64,000 nucleotides of DNA from an uncultured Bacteroidota bacterium (GTDB lineage: Bacteria; Bacteroidota; Ignavibacteria; UBA10030; UBA6906). Location of the stretch: positions 64,001-128,000 of the forward strand of contig CAVOYH010000001.1 in the NCBI GenBank assembly GCA_963700635.1, written 5' to 3'. Position 1 is the first letter of the stretch; each line of letters begins with the position of its first letter. Both the position numbers and the translations under genes were made by a program. This document shows, piece by piece, positions 9,854 to 19,127 of this stretch. Below the pieces are notes generated by a model. It was given only the letters and a program-made list of their open reading frames with translations, had not been told where the DNA came from and did not search any database.

Positions 9854-11006
9854 CCCGATCGGTGTCCTGACCGGTGCGCATTTTATTGATGGCGATCATG
9901 CGTGTTGTGAGGGGGCCATTGCTGCGGGTTGCCGGTTCGTCGCAGGTTATCCCATCACACCCTCTACCGAAGTTGTGGAACGTATCGCCGAACGATTCCC
10001 GCTCGTGGGGGGCGTCTTTATTCAGATGGAAGACGAAATCGCTTCCTCGATCGCCATCCAGGGCGCGGTATGGGCCGGAAAGAAAGCGATGACGGTTTCA
10101 TCCGGACCCGGTTTTTCTCTCATGATGGAGCATATCGGCTTTGCTGCCATGACCGAGACGCCCTGCGTGTTTGTCGACGTTCAACGGGCCGGTCCTTCAA
10201 CCGGACTGCCCACCCAGCCGGCGCAGGGCGACATGATGCAGGCGCGCTGGGGATCACATGGAGACTATCGGGGGATTGCACTCTGCCCGAATTCGCCGCA
10301 GGAGTGTTTTGACCTCACCATCAAAGCCTTTAACCTCGCCGAGCAGTACCGCGTACCGGTCTTCTTTATGATGGATGAATGTGTCGGGCACATGACGGAA
10401 CGGGTCGTAATCCCTCCGGCCGACCAGATCGATCTGGTCCCGCGCCGGTGGTTCACCGGGAGTACGGAATCCTATGAACCGTTTCGCGCGGGGGAGGATC
10501 TGGTGCCCGCGATGGTGAAAGCCGGCGATGGGTACAATATTCATGTCACGGGGCTGACCCATGACGAACGGGGATATCCCAACATGTCGGTGCTGACTCA
10601 CGAAAAACTTCTCAACCGGTTGCATGATAAGATCGTCAATCAAAGCGAAACGATTGCCGACTATGTCGAGGATCAGGTGGATGGAGCGGATATCGTTGTG
10701 GTCACCTACGGAATCACTTCACGCACAGCCCTGCCCGCCATTGAGAGGGCGCGACGGGACGGACTCAACGTTGGTCATCTCCGCCTTATTGTGGTCTGGC
10801 CCTTTCCCGAACACCGTATACGTGAACTCGCATCGCACGTAGGGGCATTTGTTGTGCCGGAGCTCAATCTGGGCCAGATGGTTCTGGAAGTCGAGCGGTG
10901 TGCGGCGGGCAAGGTCCCCGTGACCCTGGTAGGGCATACCGGTGGCACGGTACATCAACCCGATGAGATATATCATGCAATTCTGAAGAGCAAAAAAGGA
11001 CGTTGA
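9843..11006 (+). CDS. korA: 2-oxoacid (probably 2-oxoglutarate):ferredoxin oxidoreductase alpha subunit
   Basis: AGYPITPS, QMEDEIAS, SGPGFSLM, QRAGPSTGLPT, QARWGSHGD; SD ggagga before the GTG start. Confidence 0.9.
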   Translation: MKADPIGVLTGAHFIDGDHACCEGAIAAGCRFVAGYPITPSTEVVERIAERFPLVGGVFIQMEDEIASSIAIQGAVWAGKKAMTVSSGPGFSLMMEHIGFAAMTETPCVFVDVQRAGPSTGLPTQPAQGDMMQARWGSHGDYRGIALCPNSPQECFDLTIKAFNLAEQYRVPVFFMMDECVGHMTERVVIPPADQIDLVPRRWFTGSTESYEPFRAGEDLVPAMVKAGDGYNIHVTGLTHDERGYPNMSVLTHEKLLNRLHDKIVNQSETIADYVEDQVDGADIVVVTYGITSRTALPAIERARRDGLNVGHLRLIVVWPFPEHRIRELASHVGAFVVPELNLGQMVLEVERCAAGKVPVTLVGHTGGTVHQPDEIYHAILKSKKGR

Positions 11007-11009
11007 CCC

Positions 11010-11894
11010 ATGGCTGAAGAGCTGTATGACCTCCACACGAGTGTGCCCGTCAATCCGGTCGAGTCGATCCTGCGTATGGACCGGATGCCGCATATCTGGT
11101 GCCCCGGCTGTGGGATCGGAACGACAGTAAATTGTTTCGCTCAGGCGGTGGAATCAAGCGGGCTTGACCTGCGTAAGACAGCGATCGTGTCCGGCATCGG
11201 ATGCACCGGCCGTGTTGCAGGATATCTGAATCTTGACTCGTTTCATACCACGCACGGTCGGGCCATTCCCTTTGCGACCGGTCTCAAACTTGCCAATCCG
11301 GAACTCAAAGTGGTGGTGTACAGCGGTGACGGAGATCTCAGTGCGATCGGCGGCAACCATTTTATCCACGCGGCACGGCGTAATGTAGATCTGACGGTGA
11401 TCCTCATCAACAACTCAACCTACGGGATGACCGGCGGACAGGTGGCGCCCACAACCCCGATGAGTGCCATCGCGTCCACGACACCATACGGGAACTTTGA
11501 ATCGGCTTTTAACCTCCCGGCGCTTGCAGAGTCCTGCGGCGCAGTGTATGTCGCGCGCTGGACGGCGTTCCATGTGCGTCACACCATCAAGGCGATCAGG
11601 GAAGCGCTTCTGAAGAAGGGGTTTTCGTTTGTCGAGATCCTTGCCCCCTGCCCGACTCTGTATAGTAGAAGGAACAAGCTGGGGGATGGACTTGCCCAGA
11701 TGCTCTACTACCAGGAGAAGAGCGAAATCCGTCATTCGGCCGATACCAAAGACGTTGCTCTGGACTTCCAGGGGAAGATCATCGTGGGAAAATTTGTTGA
11801 CAGGGTGAGGCCGACCTTTGATGAGGCGATGACGGAATACTACCGCCAACATCTTGGATCCCAATACGTCCCCGCGACAGCGGGAGGAGTGTAA
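11010..11894 (+). CDS. korB: 2-oxoacid:ferredoxin oxidoreductase beta subunit (TPP-binding)
   Basis: WCPGCG, SGIGC, HGRAIPFATG, GDGD...GGNH, NNSTYGMTGGQ, PCPT. Confidence 0.92.
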   Translation: MAEELYDLHTSVPVNPVESILRMDRMPHIWCPGCGIGTTVNCFAQAVESSGLDLRKTAIVSGIGCTGRVAGYLNLDSFHTTHGRAIPFATGLKLANPELKVVVYSGDGDLSAIGGNHFIHAARRNVDLTVILINNSTYGMTGGQVAPTTPMSAIASTTPYGNFESAFNLPALAESCGAVYVARWTAFHVRHTIKAIREALLKKGFSFVEILAPCPTLYSRRNKLGDGLAQMLYYQEKSEIRHSADTKDVALDFQGKIIVGKFVDRVRPTFDEAMTEYYRQHLGSQYVPATAGGV

Positions 11895-11896
11895 CC

Positions 11897-12433
11897 GTGG
11901 CTCGCACGGAAATCAAAATCGGGGGGTTCGGCGGTCAGGGAGTGATTCTCAGTGGATATATCCTCGGGCGTGCAGCCTCCATATACGACAATAAATACGC
12001 GACCATGATCCAGGCGTTCGGCCCTGAAGCCCGTGGAAGCGCCTGCAGCGCGCAGGTGATCGTGGCGGAGGAGCCTATCGCGTATCCGTATATCACGAGT
12101 CCGGGCCTCATGGTCCTGATGTCGCAGGAGGCCTACACACGATTCTGTCCGGAACTTGCGCCCGGGGGGCTGCTGATTACCGAGGAAGAACTCGTCAGCG
12201 TCCGCAATCTCCGATCCGACATCCGGCACCTGTCCATCCCTGCAACAAGAATAGCGGAAGAGCTGGGGAAGAAAATGGTGCTGAATATTGTGATGATGGG
12301 ATTTTTCGGAGCGGTTTCGGGTGTGACAAGCAAAGAAGCGCTTTGCAAAGCGGTCGAAGTCTCTGTGCCCAAAGGCACCGGCGAATTGAACCTGAAGGCG
12401 TTTGAAATGGGCTGGGGATTTGAGCGTAAGTAG
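11897..12433 (+). CDS. korC: 2-oxoacid:ferredoxin oxidoreductase gamma subunit
   Basis: GFGGQGVI, FGPEARGSAC, NIVMMG, NLKAFEMG. Confidence 0.9.
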   Translation: MARTEIKIGGFGGQGVILSGYILGRAASIYDNKYATMIQAFGPEARGSACSAQVIVAEEPIAYPYITSPGLMVLMSQEAYTRFCPELAPGGLLITEEELVSVRNLRSDIRHLSIPATRIAEELGKKMVLNIVMMGFFGAVSGVTSKEALCKAVEVSVPKGTGELNLKAFEMGWGFERK

Positions 12434-12520
12434 TTCCCACCGTCCCGGCGCCGATGATACAGAGCAGTTCTGTGGAGAACAGCGTGAAGGCATACTCATG
12501 AAACATCTGCGGATGGTGTA

Positions 12521-13792
12521 GTGCCGTCGGAACTCATCATACTTCTGACCATGCTCGCGGTGTTTGCCGCCGGTGTGTTCTGGTGGAAAATCCCTGCGGG
12601 GCTTTCGCTCGCCCTTTCTTCCATCGCAGGTGCGCTGGTGGGAGGATACGGTGTACCGGTGCGCCATCTTGTGGAAGGCACGTTTGGCTATCTTGACGCC
12701 GTGCTGATCATCGCCACCGCGATGATTTTTATGAAGGCGATCGAAGCCAGCGGGGCGCTCGGAACCATCAGCTATGCCATGATCCGATCGCTCTACCGCT
12801 GGCCCACGCTGCTGATGATCCTTGTGGTGCTCTTTATTATGTTTCCGGGCATGCTTACGGGTCTCTCCTCTGCATGCATACTGACAACAGGCGCTCTGGT
12901 GACACCCGCACTGTTGGCCATGGGGATGCCCCCGGTTGCGGTTGGTTCCCTCGTGGCAATGGCCGCCGTGTACGGCATGACAGCGCCCCCGATAAACATT
13001 CCCGTCATGATCATCGGGGGAGGGGTGGATATGCCGTATATCGGTTTTGAGATTCCGCTTCTTCTCGCGACCATGCCCCTTGCCCTGGTAACTGCTGTGT
13101 ATTTTCGGGTTCGGTACGTTCGCACCATTGACCCCGTTGCGGTTCTGGCAAAACTCCCGGCGTCGGTGTACGGGCGTCATGGGATGAAGCTGTTTCTCCC
13201 GCTGGTTGTGGTGGTGGGACTGATGATCGCCGTGCGGGTGGTGCCGGCCTGGATGCCGGATATAGGGGTGCCGCTGATCTTTCTCCTCGGCGCGCTGGCG
13301 GCGTGGGGGACGGGGGAGAAGATCAACCTTCTCAAGGTTTCCCGGATCGCTTTCCGGGAAGCACTCCCCATTATGACCATCCTCGTCGGCGTGGGGATGT
13401 TTGTCCAGATAATGACCCTGACCGGCGTACGGGGCTTTATTGCTGTCAGTGCGCTGCAATTGCCTGCCGCTCTCCTGTATCTCGGGATTGCAGCGATTAT
13501 GCCGGCTTTTGGCTCCGCCTACGCGGCATCTTCGGTGCTCGGCGTGCCCCTGGTGTACGTTTTCCTCGGACGGAACGAGATCATGGTATCGTCAGCACTT
13601 TCCCTTATCGCGGGATTGGGGGACCTGATGCCGCCCCCCTCGTTGCTGTGCGTCTTTGCCGCACAATTAGTCGGGGAGAAGAATCACTTCCGTATTCTCA
13701 AGGAAAGCCTCCCCCTTATCGTGCTCTCGCTTGTCGTGGGGATAACAATGATCATCTATGCGGCCCAGCTCGGGTCACTTTTCCGCTACTAA
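12521..13792 (+). CDS. TRAP-type (DctM-like, ion transporter superfamily) large permease subunit
   Basis: About 12 hydrophobic segments; GMTAPPINIP and GDLMPP motifs; context with AstE-like and DUF6305 genes. Confidence 0.75.
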   Translation: MPSELIILLTMLAVFAAGVFWWKIPAGLSLALSSIAGALVGGYGVPVRHLVEGTFGYLDAVLIIATAMIFMKAIEASGALGTISYAMIRSLYRWPTLLMILVVLFIMFPGMLTGLSSACILTTGALVTPALLAMGMPPVAVGSLVAMAAVYGMTAPPINIPVMIIGGGVDMPYIGFEIPLLLATMPLALVTAVYFRVRYVRTIDPVAVLAKLPASVYGRHGMKLFLPLVVVVGLMIAVRVVPAWMPDIGVPLIFLLGALAAWGTGEKINLLKVSRIAFREALPIMTILVGVGMFVQIMTLTGVRGFIAVSALQLPAALLYLGIAAIMPAFGSAYAASSVLGVPLVYVFLGRNEIMVSSALSLIAGLGDLMPPPSLLCVFAAQLVGEKNHFRILKESLPLIVLSLVVGITMIIYAAQLGSLFRY

Positions 13793-13806
13793 GAACAGGA
13801 GTGTGT

Positions 13807-13953
13807 GTGCTGCACTGGGTCTACATCGGTCTGGCTCTTTATTGCGCGGGTGTGCTGGTTGTCGAGTTGTTCAGCGAGAAACGCTGGCGGGAACAACTTG
13901 CGTTAGCGCTTATTCTTATTCCGTTTGTCCTACGAATCCTGCATATCAAGTGA
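13807..13953 (+). CDS. Small two-helix membrane protein (48 aa)
   Basis: SD aggag then GTG at 13807; MLHWVYIGLALYCAGVLVVELFSEKRWREQLALALILIPFVLRILHIK; fills the gap exactly, and its stop overlaps the next GTG (GTGA). Confidence 0.7.
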   Translation: MLHWVYIGLALYCAGVLVVELFSEKRWREQLALALILIPFVLRILHIK

Positions 13954-15083
13954 CGCGGCCCATTACATCGTTTCACCACGTGAGGGCTCTGGCCCTGCTG
14001 ATCCTGGCCGGAGTGGTCTGCGTCGTGGCGGGTTCGGAATTTATGGCCATGTGGTCCCCCGACACGCTGTATCCTTCACGCGCACTCAGCAGAGTGGACT
14101 CACTGAGCACATACTGTCCGTCCCTACGGGGCACGCGGGCAGAAACGCGTGTGTATGTGTTCGAGAGTGATCTCCCCGGGCCGACGTTCCTGGTGCTTGG
14201 CGGCACGCATCCCAATGAACCTGCCGGATTTATTGCGGCCACAGTACTGCTGGAGAACCTCGTGCTTCAAGCCGGACGATGTATCATCATTCCACAGGCA
14301 TGTGAAAGCGGATTCACATGCACGGATCCGCTGGAAGGCTCGCCCCAGACGTTTTCCCTGGTCACGGCAAGCGGCAGGCGCACGTTCAGGTTCGGGGGAA
14401 GGGCCGCAAATGTAGTGGATCAATGGCCGGATCCCCTTGTCTACCTTCATTATCCGTCAGGACAGCAACTCTCCGGCAATGAAACCAGAAATCTGAACCG
14501 GGCGTATCCCGGCCGGCCGGACGGCTCGCTCACCGAGCGGACGGCGTATGCGATTGTAACCCTGATCGAGCGGGAGCATGTGGATTTTGCCGTGGACCTC
14601 CATGAGGCCGCACCGGAGATCCCGATCATCAACGCGATCATTACGCACGAAAAGGGACGGGATCTGGCGGCCAGCGCGGTGCTGAATCTGGAGTTCGAAG
14701 ACCTTCAGTATGCGCTTGAGCTCTCTCCGGAAAATTTTCGGGGCTTGAGTCATCGCGAATGGGGAGACGGGACCCCGGTCATTCCATTTCTTATGGAGAC
14801 GAGCAATCCGATTCAGGGACGACTGCGCGGCCGCACCTCGGAGCAGCTCATTGTGAACGGGGTTGACCCGTGGTACAAGATCGCCGAACAATTGGGAACC
14901 ATGCGGATCACCTACGATCCGGCAGGCGAACCGCTGGCGCGGAGGGTCGGACGCCATCTGCAGGGACTCCGCGCGCTGATCGACGCGTACAATACCGAAC
15001 ATCCCGAGACACCGCTTCTGCTCGGAGAATTACCCGGTTACACACAACTCATGGAACACGGAGTGGAACGGTACCTCCGGTAA
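13950..15083 (+). CDS. Succinylglutamate desuccinylase/aspartoacylase (M14-like Zn hydrolase), membrane-anchored or exported
   Basis: GGTHPNE (HxxE), RNLNRAYPG, VDLHEA; N-terminal hydrophobic helix. Confidence 0.85.
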   Translation: MTRPITSFHHVRALALLILAGVVCVVAGSEFMAMWSPDTLYPSRALSRVDSLSTYCPSLRGTRAETRVYVFESDLPGPTFLVLGGTHPNEPAGFIAATVLLENLVLQAGRCIIIPQACESGFTCTDPLEGSPQTFSLVTASGRRTFRFGGRAANVVDQWPDPLVYLHYPSGQQLSGNETRNLNRAYPGRPDGSLTERTAYAIVTLIEREHVDFAVDLHEAAPEIPIINAIITHEKGRDLAASAVLNLEFEDLQYALELSPENFRGLSHREWGDGTPVIPFLMETSNPIQGRLRGRTSEQLIVNGVDPWYKIAEQLGTMRITYDPAGEPLARRVGRHLQGLRALIDAYNTEHPETPLLLGELPGYTQLMEHGVERYLR

Positions 15084-15130
15084 TGACACTATTGACCAAT
15101 CACGCACACACGATACAGTATATGGAGATC

Positions 15131-15688
15131 ATGATGAACCGACTGACCTTTTTCCGGCTTGTTCTTTTCCTGGTGGTGGCTGCAACAGTACAGGGTGTCT
15201 CACAGGACAAACCGGCCTTCAAGGCACCCATCCTCATTACTTCCGCCGGCCAGAGCGCCGATGTAAGTCTTGCCGGCAATCTCTGTAAGAGAGCGGGACT
15301 GGAAGCCAGGGTGGTGCCAACGGCCTCCGCAGCGGACCTAAAAGGGTTCAAGACAGTTATGATTGTTGCCGGATTCAGTTCCAAGGGACTCGGGGCAGCC
15401 GGCACAAGCCGCGAGCAGGAGCTGGACCGGGTGAAGAACCTGGTCATCGCAGCACAAAAAGCCGGGCTGCCGATCTTGACGCTGCATATCGGCGGCAAAG
15501 CGCGACGGGGGAGCCAGTCGGACGACTTTAACAAGCTCGCGGCAGATGCCGCCCTGCATCTCATCGTGGTCACCCAGGGTGACGAAGATGGCTTCTTTAC
15601 AAAGATAGCACGAGAGCGTAAAGTGAAGCTGGAATTGGTCGATAAGATTGTCGGAGTAGTGGCTCCCCTTTCTGCGGCATTCAAATAG
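15131..15688 (+). CDS. DUF6305 family exported protein
   Basis: Signal peptide; PILITSAGQSAD, GFSSKGLGAAG, HIGGKARRG, GDEDGFF resemble DUF6305; SD ggag before the ATG. Confidence 0.72.
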   Translation: MMNRLTFFRLVLFLVVAATVQGVSQDKPAFKAPILITSAGQSADVSLAGNLCKRAGLEARVVPTASAADLKGFKTVMIVAGFSSKGLGAAGTSREQELDRVKNLVIAAQKAGLPILTLHIGGKARRGSQSDDFNKLAADAALHLIVVTQGDEDGFFTKIARERKVKLELVDKIVGVVAPLSAAFK

Positions 15689-15726
15689 AGTCAGGCAGGA
15701 GTGGTTTTTTTAACGGAGAAAGACGT

Positions 15727-17550
15727 ATGCGGAGAGAGCGTATGATGAACGGGAGACCGATCTTTTGGTGCCTATTGACATTTCTCTGTCTGTCGCTGAC
15801 CGTGTCGTCGCAGACTGTACCCGGCGGCGCACATACCGTTGTCGCAACCGGAACAAAAGGGATGGCCGCCACGGCCCACCCCCTGGCTTCTGAAGCTGCA
15901 ATCATCATGCTGCAGCGCGGAGGAAATGCGGTTGATGCTGCGGTTGCGGCGACTTTTGCAATCGGTGTTGTCGAGCCGGATGGTTCTGGACTCGGTGGAG
16001 GGGGAGGAGCGCTGATCTACCTCGCAAAGGAAAAGAAGGCCGTCTATATAAACTTCTACCCGTGTGCCTCATCGGACGTGACCAGTCTGTCGCCGTATTC
16101 CCGCAGTGATGCTCAGACCGGAAAGGCCATCCTTGTTCCAGGGACTGTTGCAGGGCTTACGCTCGCACTCGAACGATACGGGACCCTGCCGCTCGCAACG
16201 GTTCTCGGGCCGGCTATCCGGCTTGCACGGGACGGCTTTCCGATTGACGAGACGCTGGGGAGGATTATCCTGGACAACGTCCCGCTGGTGCAACGGGATT
16301 CCGCCACCGCAGCGATCTACCTGCGCGATGGGTTTCCGTTGATGGAAGGTGATACGCTCCGCCAGCCCGAGCTCGCGAAAACCCTCACCGCCATCGCCAT
16401 AGAAGGGCGTGCAGGCTTCTATGAGGGTCCCATTGCACGGACGATCGTGAATGATGTACGCCGTGCGGGAGGAGCGATGACCCTGGAGGATCTCCGTCGT
16501 ACAACAGCACAGGTGCTGGAGCCCCTGCATGGCACCTACCGCGGCTACAGTGTCCTCACCACCCCGCCTCCGCAGTCCGGTCCGCTTGTGCTGGAAGCGT
16601 TAAACATTCTGGAGAACGAGCAGCTTGCTGCGCTCGGGCGCTTCGACTCCTCCGGTCAAGCAATGCACCTTATTGCTGAAACCTTCCGGCGCGTGTATGC
16701 CGATCGTACGTCATTTCTTGCCGATCCACGTTTTGAGCACGTGCCGGTCCGTGGTCTGATCGACAAAGCGTATGCGCGCAGCCGTATGGATGATATCAAC
16801 CGGTTCAAGGCAGATCCCCCGGAGTACAGAAAGACACGTTCAGGGAATCCGGCTGCGTATCAGACCGGAGAGCCGAACCGGGACACGTCTCGAGTGTCCA
16901 GGCCCGCCGGAGTCGGGAAAAGTCAGGAGAGCAGGGACGACGATAACGGATCATCCTCCGGGATGAAGCATGGTATCGACGCCGGAACAGAAAGGGATGG
17001 ACATACGACACATCTGGGCGTTATGGACAGAGAGGGGAATGTTGTTTCGCTTACCCAGACACTGGGAACGTTTTTCGGATCGGGGGTGACGACAGCCGGC
17101 GTGCTCATGAACAATGCTATGTCCAATTTTGCCACCACCGTGTCGCGCAATGCGATGGAGCCAGGCAAACAACCACGAAGCTCCATAGCGCCAACCATTC
17201 TTCTAAAAAATGGTGAACCCTTCATGTCTGTTGGTTCACCCGGCGCAACCCGCATCATTGCAACGGTTGTTCAGCTTATCGTGAACATTGTGGACTACGG
17301 GATGACGGCAGAGGATGCAAATGCCGCCCCCAGATTCTTCTGCCAGAAAGCGGATGATTACCTGCATTGTGAGGGACGGATTAGCGAGCAGGTACAGGAA
17401 GACCTCAAGAAAAGAGGGCACGCGCTCCGTGTGTACGGCGATTATGATCTTTTTTTTGGCGGAGCCCAGATTATTCTCCGCGATCCCTCAACCGGACTGC
17501 TCTCGGGTTCTGCTGATCCCCGGCGGGGTGGAGTCGCTTTAGGATACTGA
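15727..17550 (+). CDS. ggt: Gamma-glutamyltransferase (GGT/CapD-like), exported
   Basis: GGNAVDAAVA, EPDGSGLGGGG, VPGTVAG, autocleavage HTTH (Thr at 17005), PRSSIAP, GSPG, DPRRGG; signal peptide. Confidence 0.93.
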   Translation: MRRERMMNGRPIFWCLLTFLCLSLTVSSQTVPGGAHTVVATGTKGMAATAHPLASEAAIIMLQRGGNAVDAAVAATFAIGVVEPDGSGLGGGGGALIYLAKEKKAVYINFYPCASSDVTSLSPYSRSDAQTGKAILVPGTVAGLTLALERYGTLPLATVLGPAIRLARDGFPIDETLGRIILDNVPLVQRDSATAAIYLRDGFPLMEGDTLRQPELAKTLTAIAIEGRAGFYEGPIARTIVNDVRRAGGAMTLEDLRRTTAQVLEPLHGTYRGYSVLTTPPPQSGPLVLEALNILENEQLAALGRFDSSGQAMHLIAETFRRVYADRTSFLADPRFEHVPVRGLIDKAYARSRMDDINRFKADPPEYRKTRSGNPAAYQTGEPNRDTSRVSRPAGVGKSQESRDDDNGSSSGMKHGIDAGTERDGHTTHLGVMDREGNVVSLTQTLGTFFGSGVTTAGVLMNNAMSNFATTVSRNAMEPGKQPRSSIAPTILLKNGEPFMSVGSPGATRIIATVVQLIVNIVDYGMTAEDANAAPRFFCQKADDYLHCEGRISEQVQEDLKKRGHALRVYGDYDLFFGGAQIILRDPSTGLLSGSADPRRGGVALGY

Positions 17551-17559
17551 GATTTTTTT

Positions 17560-18705
17560 ATGGTCACCGTTGCCGTTCTTCTGGGTCTGGTTTGTGCGGC
17601 ACTTGGTGTCGAGAGATACGTGGTGCACAAACGTGTCTCTGCGCTCCGTGTACGCATCCATGTGGGCGGAACGCGGGGGAAATCCAGCGTCGTCAGGTAT
17701 ATTACCGCGGCATTACGAGATCAGGGTTACCGGGTTCTCGGCAAAGTGACAGGCGAGACGCCGATGGTTCTCCTGCCTGATGGGCGAAGAGAACTCCTTC
17801 GCAGGCGCGGCCCCGCACGTGTTCAGGAGCAGGTGCGCATGCTGCGCCTGACGAAGAAACACTCCTGCGACGCACTGGTCCTGGAATGTATGTCCCTGAA
17901 CCCCCTCCTGCAGTCTCTCGAATCACGTATCCTGCGACCGACTCTCTCTGTTTTGACCAACATTCTGGACGACCACCGGGAAGAATTCGGATCTACACCG
18001 GATACGCAGGCAGAGGCGCTGTGTTCATTCTTCCCTTCCCGTTCCGTACTCGTCTCCAACGAACTCCTCTATGCAGACCTTGTGGCATCACATGCCGCGC
18101 GGAAACGTACCCGGGTGGTTCGCGCCGAAGGTGCTACGATGGACCTTCCGGCTGTCCTTCCTCCCGGGGTATTTCGCGGAAACATAGCGCTGGCACTGAA
18201 CGTGTGTGATGAGCTGGGGCTCGACCGCGCCGGAGCGATGACGGCGATTCTCGAAGAGATCCGGACTACAATCGGACCACTTTCCACCCTTACCCCATCG
18301 GCCGCCAGCATATCCTTCCTGAATGGTTTTGCCGTGAATGATGTCCCGTCTGCCCGGAAATTTCTTGCAGAGTGGAGGGTTCATGCCAAGAACTCCCGGT
18401 CCATGGTTTTCATCCTGAATACCCGGGCAGATCGGCCACTCCGCTCGCTTCAATTTGCCAGGTGGTGCGGCACACTGACGGATCTTGATCACGTGGTGGT
18501 AACGGGAACCCACCGTGCCAGAACCCGGAGAGCGTTACGGGCGAGCGGGATACAAAACCACCGCATCACGGCATGGTCACGGCGTGATGTGCATGATCCC
18601 CTGAACGCCCTGGGCCGTCTGCAGTTACCGGAGGGTTGTCTGGTGGTAGGTCTCGGGAATATCGCCGGCGACGGATTCAGCATTCTCAAAGGAATCCAAC
18701 GATGA
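17560..18705 (+). CDS. pgsB: Poly-gamma-glutamate synthase PgsB/CapB
   Basis: N-terminal TM; RIHVGGTRGKSSV P-loop; LECM; TNILDDH; NGFAVND; NTRADRPLRS; GLGNIAG. Confidence 0.9.
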   Translation: MVTVAVLLGLVCAALGVERYVVHKRVSALRVRIHVGGTRGKSSVVRYITAALRDQGYRVLGKVTGETPMVLLPDGRRELLRRRGPARVQEQVRMLRLTKKHSCDALVLECMSLNPLLQSLESRILRPTLSVLTNILDDHREEFGSTPDTQAEALCSFFPSRSVLVSNELLYADLVASHAARKRTRVVRAEGATMDLPAVLPPGVFRGNIALALNVCDELGLDRAGAMTAILEEIRTTIGPLSTLTPSAASISFLNGFAVNDVPSARKFLAEWRVHAKNSRSMVFILNTRADRPLRSLQFARWCGTLTDLDHVVVTGTHRARTRRALRASGIQNHRITAWSRRDVHDPLNALGRLQLPEGCLVVGLGNIAGDGFSILKGIQR

Positions 18706-19127
18706 TCATAGAGGCGCTCTTTATCGGACTGGTGGTGGGTTTCCTTTTCTATGAATGGATCGGCTACTCCCCTGGCGGGGTGGTGGCGCCGGGGTACCTT
18801 GCGCTGTTCGTCACAGAACCCCAGCGTATACTTGTGACCGTTCTGCTTGCATGTATTGTCTGGGGCATACTGCAGATTCTGTCCGGATCCCTGATTCTGT
18901 ATGGCAGACGCCGGTTACTCCTCGCGCTGCTCCTGGGATTTGGGGCGACCCTGGCCGTTGAGCTGTGGGTACAACCCGTCGGCGGCATTGCCATCGATGT
19001 GCAGTCCATCGGTTATATCATCCCCGGCCTTGTCGCCCATGAAATGGTGAGGCAGAAGGTGGTCCCCACTCTCGCCAGTCTCGGGATTGTCACCGTGGTT
19101 GTTGCATTGATTCTGATGTTATGGTGA
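18702..19127 (+). CDS. pgsC: Poly-gamma-glutamate biosynthesis membrane protein PgsC/CapC
   Basis: GYSPGGVVAPGYLAL, LYGRRR, IGYIIPGLVA; ATGA overlap with the pgsB stop. Confidence 0.92.
   Translation: MIIEALFIGLVVGFLFYEWIGYSPGGVVAPGYLALFVTEPQRILVTVLLACIVWGILQILSGSLILYGRRRLLLALLLGFGATLAVELWVQPVGGIAIDVQSIGYIIPGLVAHEMVRQKVVPTLASLGIVTVVVALILMLW

Noticed and set aside
11840-13459. 539-aa minus-strand ORF
   Set aside because: Antisense to korC and the permease; its His/Arg-rich composition is typical of the reverse of a hydrophobic gene.
13303-13806. Long N-terminal extensions in the ORF track (13303, 13758, 14870, 7427, 18636, 55735 and others)
   Set aside because: They overlap upstream genes in other frames; downstream starts with SD sites or stop-start coupling fit better.
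15689-15726. T7 run after the DUF6305 gene as a terminator
   Set aside because: No convincing stem precedes it.
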